The notes: a model not told the origin generated them from the letters alone. A DNA stretch of 44,285 nucleotides from Prosthecobacter sp. (GCA_044361885.1 JBIKIA010000001.1:1-44285), one strand, 5' to 3'; shown: positions 16,956-26,899, counted from the first letter of the stretch. Numbers and translations: made by a program.

Positions 16956-19553
16956 ATGAAAAAATCCTGGCTCGTCGCGCTCGTCCTTTTGCCTCTCGTC
17001 GTCATCGGACTGGCGCGGCTGCGGCTGGAGACGGACATTTTATCCACGCTGCCGGGGGAGGTACCGGAGGTGCGGGCGCTGAAGCTGCTGCGGGATGGGT
17101 TTGCGGGCGGGAGTGATCTCGTGATCGCCCTGGAGGCGGAGGATGAAGCGACCTCGGAGGAGCTGACCTCCGCTCTGGCCGAGCGACTGCAAAAGCGCGC
17201 CGATTTGGTGAAGGAGGTGCGTTGGGCGCAGCCGATGGAGGCTCAGGCGCAATCCGGCGCGGCGCTGCTGGCGTGGTCGCTGCAAAACACGGACCCAGGG
17301 AAGCTGCGCGCCGTGCAGGCCCGGCTGGAGGGCGCTGGCGCAAAGGCGCAGCTCCAAAAGGCGCTGCAAGCCGTGGCGACATCGCTCGATGCCGAGCGTG
17401 TGCAGCGGGCTTCGTATGATCCGCTCGGGCTCCTGGAAAGTCTCGACACATCCGCAGCAGGCGCGCTGGAGGGATCGCTCTTCGGCCTCGTCTCGGAAGA
17501 TGGTGCCTTTCGTGCGCTGATGGTCACGCCAGCGACAGAGGTGGGCAATTACAAGCTCGCCGGAGACTGGCTGGAGGAGATTCAGAAAGTCATCTCCCCC
17601 CCTACCGCAGGCAGCCCTTGGCTCAGAATTGGCGGTGCCGTCGCCCTCTGCATTCTTGGAATCGCAATACTGCTCTGCCTGGACCGGAGACTACTCGGCC
17701 GTGGTGGCCGGTTCTCCCATCAGATTCAAGGCTGGTTGTCGCCGCGAGTCAGGACAGCCGTCATTGTGGTGTTTTGCAGCGCTCCTCTCGTCCATTTCCT
17801 AATTCAGTCAGATTACACCTTCGTTCCCCCGGCCGGAACGATCGTCCGCTACACGGGCGAGCCGGCCTTCCAGGCGGAGATCGGCGCAGGGATCGAGAAG
17901 GACATGTCGAGCACCATCGGCATGACAGAGGTGTTCATCGCGCTGCTGTTCTGGATCATGTTTCGGCGCTTGAAGCCGCTGCTCTGGATTCAGGGACTCG
18001 TGGCGCTGAGCATGGTACTGACTCTCGGCTTTGGCGGGCTCATCGTGGGCAAACTCAGCATCATGTCCCTCGGCTTCGCGGCCATTGTGCTCGGGATCAT
18101 CATCGACTACGCCGTGCTCATCATCCAGGAGGCGCGGCAGCATCCGCAGCTCGATGCGAGCGCTTTGAGAAAGCTCGCCGCACCGGGAATCGCCGCCGGT
18201 GCCTGCACCACGGCGGTCGTGTTTCTCTCGCTGCTCTTCAGCGGCCTGCCCGGCATGGCGGAGATGGGTCTGCTGGTGGCGATCGGTGTCATCGCTGGTT
18301 TGGGCGTGATGGTCTTCTTTGTGCCCAAACTAGCCGCCGGGAAGCAGCTCGAACAACCTACGACCTCCGCCCCTGCCTGGCATTCCCATCGTGGACTCGC
18401 CGTGGCCGGGACAGCAGTGCTCGTGCTCGGCATCGCGGGCATTCTTTCCTTCAAAGGCCTGCCTGCTTTCCAATCTAGCGCCGAGGCCCTCCGCCCGACC
18501 AAGAGCGAGTCGATGGATACCTTCCAGTGGGTGCAGGAGCGGCTCGGTCGTGACAACGAAGCCAGCCTCCCCGTGCTCATCACCGGCCCTTCAGCCGACT
18601 TGCGCGCGCGGACGCAGTCGCTGAGCGACAGGCTGGATGGAGCCGTGAAGTCCGGCACCCTCGTCCGCCACATGCTGCCCACCATGCTCGTGAGCGATCC
18701 TCAGGCTCAGACGGCCAACCGTGCCTTCATCGACTGGCTCCAGCGCGAGCAACCCAGGCTCGAAAAAGAGATCGACTCCGCCGGTTTCACCGAAGCGGCC
18801 ATGGGCCTGCTGCGAGGCGTCTGTGGCGTGTGGAAACAAGGCGATACCGAAGCTGCCGCCGCCTCCATTTTAAATCGTGTGCTCGCCACTGGCACTCGTG
18901 CCGAAGCCGCAGGCATGAAGCCGGGGGAAGGCATCGTGCTCGCCTCCGTGAGTGTGCCAGGAAAGCCCGGCCTGCCGGACCGTACCAAGCTCGCCGAACT
19001 TCAAAAGCTCCTCACACCCGAAACCGGTGCCTGGGTGGCTGGCTGGGAGACCCTCGGCAGTGCGCTTTCCACCCTGGTCCGAGCGGATCTGAACCAGCAG
19101 TTGATCCCCATCGTCGGCCTGATCGCGCTAACACTCTTTATCACCTTCCGTCGCTGGCGGGATCTGGTGCTCTCCGTGCTGCTGCTCGCGGGCGGGCTCG
19201 GTGCTTTGGCCGCCACGATGAGCCTGCTCGGCCTCGGTTGGAATCTCGCCAGCCTCGCCGCCATTCCTCTGCTACTCGGAACCGGCATCGACTACGGCAT
19301 CCACATCCTGCTCGCCCTGCAACGCACCGGCAACGACGTCCGCCAAGTGCAGGCCAGCACTGGCCGCGCCGTCTTTTTCTCCGGCATGACCACGGTGATC
19401 GGCTTCTCCAGCCTCTTCTTCGCCGGCAATCGCGGCATCTCCAGCCTCGGCCTCGCCTGCTGCCTCGGCACGCTTTGGATTCTGATGATCGTGCTCTGGC
19501 TGCTGCCGCACTGGCGGGCCTGGATCACGCCGACCGCGCAGCCTACGCGATGA
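16956..19553 (+). CDS. MMPL/RND-superfamily predicted exporter
   Basis: Two TM repeats with GIIIDYAV and GTGIDYGIH, TTVIGFSSL; large extracytoplasmic loops; DPLGL motif. Confidence 0.9.
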   Translation: MKKSWLVALVLLPLVVIGLARLRLETDILSTLPGEVPEVRALKLLRDGFAGGSDLVIALEAEDEATSEELTSALAERLQKRADLVKEVRWAQPMEAQAQSGAALLAWSLQNTDPGKLRAVQARLEGAGAKAQLQKALQAVATSLDAERVQRASYDPLGLLESLDTSAAGALEGSLFGLVSEDGAFRALMVTPATEVGNYKLAGDWLEEIQKVISPPTAGSPWLRIGGAVALCILGIAILLCLDRRLLGRGGRFSHQIQGWLSPRVRTAVIVVFCSAPLVHFLIQSDYTFVPPAGTIVRYTGEPAFQAEIGAGIEKDMSSTIGMTEVFIALLFWIMFRRLKPLLWIQGLVALSMVLTLGFGGLIVGKLSIMSLGFAAIVLGIIIDYAVLIIQEARQHPQLDASALRKLAAPGIAAGACTTAVVFLSLLFSGLPGMAEMGLLVAIGVIAGLGVMVFFVPKLAAGKQLEQPTTSAPAWHSHRGLAVAGTAVLVLGIAGILSFKGLPAFQSSAEALRPTKSESMDTFQWVQERLGRDNEASLPVLITGPSADLRARTQSLSDRLDGAVKSGTLVRHMLPTMLVSDPQAQTANRAFIDWLQREQPRLEKEIDSAGFTEAAMGLLRGVCGVWKQGDTEAAAASILNRVLATGTRAEAAGMKPGEGIVLASVSVPGKPGLPDRTKLAELQKLLTPETGAWVAGWETLGSALSTLVRADLNQQLIPIVGLIALTLFITFRRWRDLVLSVLLLAGGLGALAATMSLLGLGWNLASLAAIPLLLGTGIDYGIHILLALQRTGNDVRQVQASTGRAVFFSGMTTVIGFSSLFFAGNRGISSLGLACCLGTLWILMIVLWLLPHWRAWITPTAQPTR
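17603..17830 (+). other. 228-bp in-frame insertion in the MMPL gene bounded by CCCCC direct repeats
   Basis: Removing it gives KVISPP|AGTIVRYTGEPAF; hand count 132/228 GC (58%); clustered AGA/AGG/ATA/CTA codons. Confidence 0.55.
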
Positions 19554-20955
19554 TCTCCTTCACCACATGTCCGGCGATGTCGGTGAGGCGGAAATCGCGA
19601 CCGGCATAGCGGTGGGTGAGGCGCTCGTGGTCCATGCCGAGAAGGTGGAGCACGGTGGCGTGGAGGTCGTGAATGTGGACTTTGTTTTCCTGGGCGAACC
19701 AACCGTAGTCGTCCGTGGCTCCGTAGGCGAAGCCGGGCTTCACACCGCCGCCTGCCATCCACATCGTGAAGCCATAAGGGTTGTGATCGCGACCGTCATT
19801 GCCCTGCGCCGTGGGCGTACGGCCAAACTCGCCGCCCCAGATGACGAGTGTGTCATCCAGCAGTCCGCGCGAGCGCAGATCCTTCAGCAGACCGGCGATG
19901 GGCTTGTCCACCTCGGCGGCGTTTTTGCTGTGACCTTTGTAGAGATTGCCGTGCTGGTCCCACTGCACCTCGCTGTCGCTGTGAGTGACCTGCACGAAGC
20001 GCACTCCCTTTTCCAGGAAGCGCCGCGCCATGAGGCATTGGCGGCCAAAGTTCGCCGTCACGGGATTGTCGAGGCCGTACATCTTCTGCGTGGCGGCCGT
20101 CTCATGCGTGATGTCCTGCACCTCGGGCATCGTGCCCTGCATGCGGAAGGCCAGCTCGAAGCTGTTGATGCGGCCTTCGAGCGCCAGATCGGCTCCGGCG
20201 AGCTTGAGATGCTCCTGATTCGACTCCGCGAGGAAGTCGAGCTGGCGACGCTGCATCGTCTCGCTGAGGCGCGGGTTGCGGATGTGCTTCACGAACGCCT
20301 GGCTGGAAGGAATGCTCGCATTGCCGATGGGTGTGCCCTGCGTCCAGGCAGGCAGGAAAGCCGCGCCCCAGTTGTTCACGCCGCCGTGAGCGAGCGTGGG
20401 GCAGATGGTGATGAAGCCCGGCAGGTCATCATTTTCCGTGCCCAAACCATAAGTGATCCACGATCCCATGCTCGGCCGCACCTGCGTATCGCTGCCGGTG
20501 TGGAGCTTCAGCAAAGCACCGCCGTGGGCGGGATTCGTGCCGTGCAGAGACCGCACTACGCAGAGTTCATCGGCGCACTGTGCCACATTGGGGAAGAGCT
20601 CGCTCACCGGCAGCCCGCTTTCGCCATACTGACGGAATTTCCACGGCGACTTCAGCAGCTTGCCCGTGGCCGCAAAGGTCACACGCGGCACCTGGAAAGG
20701 ATAGGCCTTGCCGTCATCGCGCTGGAGCAGCGGCTTCGGATCAAAGGTGTCCACATGCGATGGCCCGCCCTTCATGAAGAGAAAAATGACCCGCTTCGCC
20801 TTCGGCGTGAAGTGCGTCTTCTTCGCCAGCAGCGGATTCAGCATCGCCGAAGGTGACGCAGCACTCGGCTGGGCCAGCATCGCATTCAAAGCCAGATACC
20901 CAAAACCCCCGGCGGAGCTTTGGAGAAGTTGGCGGCGTGAGAAAGGCGTCTTCAT
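19543..20955 (-). CDS. DUF1501 domain protein (Tat-like leader)
   Basis: MKTPFSRRQLL; AKRVIFLFMKGGPSHVDTFDPKP, WDQH, GEFGRTP, GRDHNP, DLHATVLHLLG. Confidence 0.93.
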   Translation of the reverse strand: MKTPFSRRQLLQSSAGGFGYLALNAMLAQPSAASPSAMLNPLLAKKTHFTPKAKRVIFLFMKGGPSHVDTFDPKPLLQRDDGKAYPFQVPRVTFAATGKLLKSPWKFRQYGESGLPVSELFPNVAQCADELCVVRSLHGTNPAHGGALLKLHTGSDTQVRPSMGSWITYGLGTENDDLPGFITICPTLAHGGVNNWGAAFLPAWTQGTPIGNASIPSSQAFVKHIRNPRLSETMQRRQLDFLAESNQEHLKLAGADLALEGRINSFELAFRMQGTMPEVQDITHETAATQKMYGLDNPVTANFGRQCLMARRFLEKGVRFVQVTHSDSEVQWDQHGNLYKGHSKNAAEVDKPIAGLLKDLRSRGLLDDTLVIWGGEFGRTPTAQGNDGRDHNPYGFTMWMAGGGVKPGFAYGATDDYGWFAQENKVHIHDLHATVLHLLGMDHERLTHRYAGRDFRLTDIAGHVVKEIIA

Positions 20956-20959
20956 GGTC

Positions 20960-23731
20960 TTAGCGAAGGTACATGAACTCATTCGCCGCGAGCAGGGACT
21001 GGCAGAGCAGTGACCAGGCTTCGTCCTTGTTGGGGCTGCCTTCGATGAAGCGGCTGGCACGGTCGAGTTCGCGGGTGTTCGGCTCGCGGCCGTAGGCGAG
21101 GTCGTAGGCGCGGTGGAGACGTGCGGCGATGGAGCCGTTTTTGGTATCGCGGGCGAGTCGTTTGGCCAATGCGGCGGCGGAATCCATGACGACGGGCGCA
21201 TTCAGCATGATGAGCGCCTGCGGGGCGACGACGGTGGCGTTGCGGCTGCCGGTGGGCATCGTGGGATCGGGATAGTCGAACTGCTCCAGCATGTCGTAGA
21301 GATGGTTGCGGATGATCGGCAGATACAGGGCGCGACGCGGGGTCTCGTAGGTCGTGTGGTCGCGGGAGGTGTGGTTGAAGACGAACTCGCGATTGCGCAG
21401 CGGGATGGTTTTTCCGCCGATCTGCTGACTCAAGGTGCCGGAGACGTGGAGGATGCTGTCGCGGATCTGCTCGGCTTCGAGACGCTGGATGTTGAAGCGC
21501 CAGAGCAGGCGATTTTCAGGATCGAGCATGGCGGGATCAGGCGATGAGGAGGCGGTACCTGAGCTGGGGTGGCTGGAGGCCATCTGGTAGGCGCTCGATT
21601 TCATGATGAGGCGGTGCATGTCCTTCATGGACCAGCCGTTCTCGATGAACACGCGGGCGAGCCAATCGAGCAGTTCGGGATGCGAAGGCTTGTCGCCGAG
21701 CACGCCGAAGTTGTCGGTGGAGGTGACGATGCCTTTGCCGAAATGCCAGCGCCAGAGGCGGTTCACCATGACGCGGGCGGTGAGCGGATGCTCGCTGGAG
21801 GCCAGCCAGCGGGCGAGCTCGAGACGACCGCTCTGCTTCGCGGGCAGCACGGGTTTCGTCATGGAGGTGCGCATGACTTCGGGGAAGCCGCGCTCGATCT
21901 CTTTGCCGAGCGTCAAATAGCTACCGCGAATGTGGATCGGCATGGCGCGGGTGATCGTGGCTTCGCCGACGCCCATGAAGGCAGGCGGATCAGGCGTGGC
22001 ACCCTCGACCATCATGAGGTCGTCCATCATGGACGTGACCTTCGCCAGCGTGGCTGCATCAAAGGCATCCGCGTCCTTGTCCGGGATGGGGAGAAAACCG
22101 GCGATGTCATCGAGAGCGGCACGAGCTTCAGCGACCTCGCCAGCAGGCTTGTCTTTGGCCTTTGGGTCGAGCTTCAGCGCAGCGGCAAAGAGAGGCGTGT
22201 AGTGCGTGCGGACTTCGGCGGACTTCTTCGCAGCGGTCAAAGTGCGCCATTTGGCGAAGAAGGGATGCTCGTTTTTCCGGGTGAGATATTGGCGGCAGGT
22301 GAGCAAGTAGCGTGGGCGGAGTTTGGCGGCAGCGGCGAGTTTTTCGACATCAGCGAAGTCGGGCTCATCCGGCAACTGCGCGGCAGCGGTGAGGTAGTCG
22401 GCAGCGTGGGAGTGCAGCTCGGCTTTCAACTCAGCGCGTGCCTTGGCGGTGAAGGTGGTGACGACCTTCCGCTTTTCGGCGGCTTTGGCTTCGTGGGCTT
22501 TCTTCGCCGCGATCTGCTCGGGCGTGGCCATCTGGTGCTCATACCAAAATTTGATGGCACCCATCTTTTCATCCGAGAGCGAGCGGGTGCTGCGGAAGAT
22601 GGCGGCGAGCGCGTAGTAGTCAGCTTGGGTGACGGGATCAAACTTGTGATCGTGGCAGCGGACGCAGCCGAAAGTCATGCCGAGGAAGGCCTTGCCCAGC
22701 GTGTCGAGCTGCTCGTCAATGATATCGAGCTCCATCTTTTTCACATCGGGCTCGGCGAGCACGCGACCGCCGAGCGCGAGGAATCCGGTGGCAGCGAGGG
22801 CTTCGTGACGATCCGCCGTGTCATGGGCAGGCAGCAAATCGCCGGCGACTTGCTCGATGAGGAATTGGTCGAAGGGTTTGTCGTTGTTGAAGGCGCGGAC
22901 GACGTAGTCGCGATAGCGCCAGGCATGGCCGAAGGCGATGTTTTCATCCATGCCATTCGAGTCGGCGTAGCGGGCGACGTCGAGCCAGTGACGGCCCCAG
23001 CGTTCGCCATAGGCAGGTGAGTTCAGCAGGCGCTCGATGACGCGGGAGAAGGCATCGGTGGAGTCGTCTTTGAGGAAGGTTTCGACCTCCTCCGGTGTCG
23101 GAGGAAGGCCGGTGAGATCCTGCGTGGCACGTCGGATGAGGGTGCGTCTGTCAGCCGGTGGCGATGGGGAGAGGTTCTTCGACTCAAGCTGGGCGAGCAG
23201 GAAGGCATCGACGGGAGTTTTCACCCAAGCGGTGTTTCGCACGACAGGTGGTGTCGGTGCGGCGAGCGGTTTGAAGGACCAAAACTCGCGCCCGGTTTTC
23301 AGATCCATGCCCATCGTGGTCTTCGCCACAGGAGCGGTGCCCGTGCGGGGATCAGGAGCGCCCATTTTCACCCACTGCGTCAGCGCTTCCTGCTCGGCAG
23401 CGCTGAGCGGGCTCTTCGGCGGCATCTGCATGTCCTGATTTTTGTAGCCGATGGCCTCGATGAGCTTGCTCAACTCCGGCTTGCCAGCCACCAGCGAGGG
23501 ACCGCTGTCACCGCCTGTGAGGATAGAATCCCGAGAGTCGAGCGAGAGGCCGCCTTTGACCTTCGCCGTGGTGGAGTGGCACTCGAAGCAGCGCTCCACC
23601 AGCACGGGGCGGACTTTCTTTTCAAAGAATTCAATACCCGCTGCATCCGGCGCGGCCTGGGAGCACAGCGCCACCCCGGCGGTCAAACCGCCGAGCAGGA
23701 GTGCTCGGAACTGTGGAATCGGGGGGTGCAT
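20960..23731 (-). CDS. Planctomycete cytochrome c + DUF1549 + DUF1553 (PSD1) protein
   Basis: CFECH, WSFKP, YGERWGRHWLDVARYADS, CVRCHDHKFDP, HPLTARVMVNRLWRWHFG, PSHPELLDWLA, AEQIRDSIL, NEFMYLR. Confidence 0.94.
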   Translation of the reverse strand: MHPPIPQFRALLLGGLTAGVALCSQAAPDAAGIEFFEKKVRPVLVERCFECHSTTAKVKGGLSLDSRDSILTGGDSGPSLVAGKPELSKLIEAIGYKNQDMQMPPKSPLSAAEQEALTQWVKMGAPDPRTGTAPVAKTTMGMDLKTGREFWSFKPLAAPTPPVVRNTAWVKTPVDAFLLAQLESKNLSPSPPADRRTLIRRATQDLTGLPPTPEEVETFLKDDSTDAFSRVIERLLNSPAYGERWGRHWLDVARYADSNGMDENIAFGHAWRYRDYVVRAFNNDKPFDQFLIEQVAGDLLPAHDTADRHEALAATGFLALGGRVLAEPDVKKMELDIIDEQLDTLGKAFLGMTFGCVRCHDHKFDPVTQADYYALAAIFRSTRSLSDEKMGAIKFWYEHQMATPEQIAAKKAHEAKAAEKRKVVTTFTAKARAELKAELHSHAADYLTAAAQLPDEPDFADVEKLAAAAKLRPRYLLTCRQYLTRKNEHPFFAKWRTLTAAKKSAEVRTHYTPLFAAALKLDPKAKDKPAGEVAEARAALDDIAGFLPIPDKDADAFDAATLAKVTSMMDDLMMVEGATPDPPAFMGVGEATITRAMPIHIRGSYLTLGKEIERGFPEVMRTSMTKPVLPAKQSGRLELARWLASSEHPLTARVMVNRLWRWHFGKGIVTSTDNFGVLGDKPSHPELLDWLARVFIENGWSMKDMHRLIMKSSAYQMASSHPSSGTASSSPDPAMLDPENRLLWRFNIQRLEAEQIRDSILHVSGTLSQQIGGKTIPLRNREFVFNHTSRDHTTYETPRRALYLPIIRNHLYDMLEQFDYPDPTMPTGSRNATVVAPQALIMLNAPVVMDSAAALAKRLARDTKNGSIAARLHRAYDLAYGREPNTRELDRASRFIEGSPNKDEAWSLLCQSLLAANEFMYLR

Positions 23732-23752
23732 GACAGAAGACGGCCCAGTGCA

Positions 23753-23779
23753 TACGCAGCAAGGATGCCGACTTTCTCA
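23753..23779 (-). promoter_or_regulatory. ECF-sigma-like promoter
   Basis: TGAGAA-N17-CGTA; same layout at 38330-38356. Confidence 0.55.
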
Positions 23780-23791
23780 TACGGGGCCTGA

Positions 23792-23830
23792 TTGGCCGGG
23801 GCTGATCGACAAGTGACCTGTTCGCATTCC
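23792..23830. repeat. Diverged 39-bp direct repeat, copy 1
   Basis: 30/39 identical to 24309-24347, ending in exact TGTTCGCATTCC. Confidence 0.65.
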
Positions 23831-23847
23831 ACCGTGAGCAGGCGACC

Positions 23848-24252
23848 TCAGCGGCTGTATTTGCCCAGACCTGCCTCGCGAAGCGTTTGGCTCGCGCCGT
23901 CCACCTGAGAGCGCCAGAAGGAGTCCGGGTCCGTGGCTCCCCACGGAACTGTCTGGACGCGCTTAAGTTCCGAATCGCCGACATCGGGCAGACTCAGGAG
24001 AGGGTCTTGGAGAGATGCCTGAATCGGCACCCACCGCCGCCGTGCTTCGGCATTCTGCTGCGCAAATTCTTTCAGTTTGACCATGGTTTCTGCATTCTTC
24101 AGCGACCACTCGACGGCGCCGGTCGGAGCCGATTCCACAGGTGTTGGCGTCGGGACTTCCAAGAACTTCACCCGCAGGCTCATCCAGGCAATGATCGCGA
24201 TCAGGAAGCAGGCGGAGCAGATTTGCACCAGGGATCGCGTGGATACTTTCAT
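23848..24252 (-). CDS. Hypothetical single-TM protein
   Basis: MKVSTRSLVQICSACFLIAIIAWMSL hydrophobic anchor, 134 aa, C-rich leader before ATG. Confidence 0.6.
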   Translation of the reverse strand: MKVSTRSLVQICSACFLIAIIAWMSLRVKFLEVPTPTPVESAPTGAVEWSLKNAETMVKLKEFAQQNAEARRRWVPIQASLQDPLLSLPDVGDSELKRVQTVPWGATDPDSFWRSQVDGASQTLREAGLGKYSR

Positions 24253-24308
24253 GGTGGGAAAGGTGCCTTGCCGGCTGGAACGCTGCAAGCAGTATGGTTA
24301 AGCCGTGT

Positions 24309-24347
24309 TTGGACCGGCTTGATCATCAAGAGCCTTGTTCGCATTCC
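24309..24347. repeat. Diverged 39-bp direct repeat, copy 2
   Basis: See 23792-23830; 517-bp offset. Confidence 0.65.
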
Positions 24348-24425
24348 TGAGCGTGACGCCGCTTGCTACGCGAGAAATCTCGTTTACACCACCAGCAGCA
24401 AACGTAGCATCATTCACACACCCAC

Positions 24426-24662
24426 ATGAGCGCCCCCGAACAGCCATCCAACAACAGGTTGAAGCAGGCGGAAAAAATCACCAGCCATCCCGAGCAGTAC
24501 AAAGTCTGCGAGGCCTGTGGTTCTATCGTGGTCACGCGTGCGGTCACCTGCCCGAGCTGCCATGGCTATCGCTTCGATACCTCCGCCTTCCGCGTGGTGT
24601 CTCAGGCGAAGGATCTCGCCATGCGTGCGGCGAACTCCGTGCTGGCCTCGGATCTGATGTGA
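24426..24662 (+). CDS. Small Zn-ribbon hypothetical protein
   Basis: CEACGS...CPSCHG; TTTACA-N16-TAGCAT upstream; 16 nt before pheA. Confidence 0.75.
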   Translation: MSAPEQPSNNRLKQAEKITSHPEQYKVCEACGSIVVTRAVTCPSCHGYRFDTSAFRVVSQAKDLAMRAANSVLASDLM

Positions 24663-24678
24663 GGCTGAGTTTCACTGC

Positions 24679-25515
24679 ATGTCTTCCGCCGTGCCCACAC
24701 TCGCCTGTCTCGGCCCTGACGGCAGTTTTTCTCATCTGCTGACCCAGCAGCGTTTCCCAGGAGCGCCCGTGCAGCTCATGGCGAACATCGGCGAGGTCTT
24801 CGACTACCTCGGCTCGCGCCCTGATGCTCTCGGGCTGGTGCCCATCGAGAACTCCTCTGGCGGGTTCATCATCGACACGGTGGACCGGCTCGTGGATGAG
24901 CGCTGCCACTTGAAGATCATCGAGGAACTGACGCTTGACGTGAAGCTGGCGCTGCTGGGCAAACTAGATGCCGAGGTGCAGACGATCCACTCGCACGCGA
25001 TACCCTTTTTCCACTGCGACGAATGGCTACGGGCAAACTACCCGGATGCGAAGCGTGTCATCGAAGCGAGCACGGCGAAGGCGGCGGAGAAAGCCGCCAC
25101 TCAGCCCGGAGCGGCGGCCATCGGCCCACGGCAGAACGCCGAGCGGCACGGGCTCGCGCTGCTGCACTTTCCCATCGCGGGTGAGGTGCCAAACATCACG
25201 CAATTTTACCTTCTCGGGCATCAGGAGAACGCCGCCTCCACCAATAACAACCGCACTGCGCTTGTCGTGGAGCTGCCGGACCGCGCTGGCAGCCTGTGTC
25301 GCTTCCTCACGCCGCTGAGTGATGCTGGCGTGAACCTGAAGCGCCTGGAGTCACGCCCCATCCGCGGGCAGCCGAACAAGTACCGGTTTTACATCGAGAT
25401 CGAAGGCAGCCCCGCCGAGCCGAGCTTCCACTCAGCGCTTGAGCAAACCCGTGTCGATGGTGCCATGATCCGAAGTGTCGGCTCGTATCCAGCGGGTCGG
25501 CGCTTTGAATCGTAG
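24679..25515 (+). CDS. pheA: Prephenate dehydratase (monofunctional, with ACT domain)
   Basis: LGPDGSFSH, VPIENSSGG, STAKAA, NITQF, DRAGSL, NLKRLESRP, Y.FYIEIEG, VGSYP. Confidence 0.93.
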   Translation: MSSAVPTLACLGPDGSFSHLLTQQRFPGAPVQLMANIGEVFDYLGSRPDALGLVPIENSSGGFIIDTVDRLVDERCHLKIIEELTLDVKLALLGKLDAEVQTIHSHAIPFFHCDEWLRANYPDAKRVIEASTAKAAEKAATQPGAAAIGPRQNAERHGLALLHFPIAGEVPNITQFYLLGHQENAASTNNNRTALVVELPDRAGSLCRFLTPLSDAGVNLKRLESRPIRGQPNKYRFYIEIEGSPAEPSFHSALEQTRVDGAMIRSVGSYPAGRRFES

Positions 25516-25521
25516 GCGGAC

Positions 25522-26820
25522 CTACTTCTTCATCAGCCCGATCACCGCAGAGGTCATCGCCTTCACGCCCGTCTCGATGCTGGGCTCAGGGATCGGTTTA
25601 AAAAAGGGCGAGTGCAGTGACGGTAACGTGGTGCCCTTCGCCTTCGCTTCTCCAACGACTGCGGGCGGCTGAGTGCCGAGCCAGAACATGCAAAGCGGCA
25701 CCTTCTCTTTGGTGAGCCCGTATTCGGAAAAGTCCTCGGCACCCATGACAGGCTCACGCGTGAGCACACTCGCCGCACCAAGCGTCTGCTCGAAGATCTG
25801 GCGCACCTCAGCGCAGAGAGCGGGCTGATTGTAGAGCGCATTGGCGCGGTCATCCGAGACGATCACCTCGGGCATCTTGTCGGTGGGCATGTTCGCGGAT
25901 TTGGCCTGGGCTTCGACGATGCGTTTGATGGAGTCGATGAGGTGCTGGCGTGTCTCGGTCCGGTAGCTGCGCAGGGTGAGCTGGAGGCGCACTTCGTCGG
26001 AGATGATGTTGCTCTTCGTGCCGCCATGGATGCTGCCCACCGTCACCACGGCCGGATCACCGGGCTTCACCTCGCGGCTCACGATGGTCTGCAAAGCCAG
26101 TACAATCTGCGAGGCAAGCACGATAGGGTCCTTCGCCAGATGCGGCATGGATCCATGCCCGCCGACGCCCTTCACCACGATCTCCACGCTATCGACATTC
26201 GCTAAAGCGAAACCTTCGACGATGCCGACCTGCCCATGCGCCATGTCGGCGGAACAATGCAGCGCGATGGCTTTGTCCGGCTTCGGGAACTTGGAAAACA
26301 AACCCGCGCGCAGCATGAGCCGTGCCCCGAGCACTCGTTCCTCGGCATGTTGGCCGATCATGACGACGGTGCCCTTCCATTGATCCCGCAGTTGGCTCAA
26401 AGCTCTCGCCGTGCCGATGAAGCTCGCCATGTGGACATCGTGCCCGCAGGCATGCATCACGTTCACCTCGCGCCCGAGATCATCCTTCACGATCTTCGTG
26501 CTCGCATAAGACGCGCCGGTTTGTTCCTTCACCGGCAACCCATCCAAATCCGTGCGCACCAGGATCACCGGCCCCTCGCCATTCTTCAGCACACCGACGA
26601 GCCCGTTGCCGCCGACCTTCTCCGTGACCTCGAACCCCGCCGCACGCAGCTCTTTGGCAATGCGTGCCGCCGTCTCCACCTCATGCAGTGACAGCTCCGG
26701 GTTCCCATGCAGCTCCTGATAGAGCGAGATGAGCGACGGCAACTCCTGCTTCGTCACCGAAGCGACATCTGCGGCGAGAAGGGACGACGTGAGGAGCAAA
26801 GAAAGGCAGAGCGGCTTCAT
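25522..26820 (-). CDS. M20D-family amidohydrolase, exported
   Basis: LHGNPELS, RTDLDGLP, MHACGHDVH, AEE, GGHGSMPH, AEDFS, LHSP; signal peptide MKPLCLSLLLTSSLLAA. Confidence 0.93.
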   Translation of the reverse strand: MKPLCLSLLLTSSLLAADVASVTKQELPSLISLYQELHGNPELSLHEVETAARIAKELRAAGFEVTEKVGGNGLVGVLKNGEGPVILVRTDLDGLPVKEQTGASYASTKIVKDDLGREVNVMHACGHDVHMASFIGTARALSQLRDQWKGTVVMIGQHAEERVLGARLMLRAGLFSKFPKPDKAIALHCSADMAHGQVGIVEGFALANVDSVEIVVKGVGGHGSMPHLAKDPIVLASQIVLALQTIVSREVKPGDPAVVTVGSIHGGTKSNIISDEVRLQLTLRSYRTETRQHLIDSIKRIVEAQAKSANMPTDKMPEVIVSDDRANALYNQPALCAEVRQIFEQTLGAASVLTREPVMGAEDFSEYGLTKEKVPLCMFWLGTQPPAVVGEAKAKGTTLPSLHSPFFKPIPEPSIETGVKAMTSAVIGLMKK

Positions 26821-26899
26821 GCGAATAGGTAAGCGGACAACGGGCCGGTCTTGCAAGGCAGTTCGCCCCTCTCTTGACCGTTTTGACTCTGCTGACGGA

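Noticed and set aside
17603-17830. Intein or MITE explanation for the MMPL insert
   Set aside because: No HN/HQ intein C-terminus, too short and hydrophobic, and no terminal inverted repeats
23792-24347. Direct repeats as CRISPR or att sites
   Set aside because: Only two diverged copies 517 bp apart; no cas, integrase or tRNA nearby
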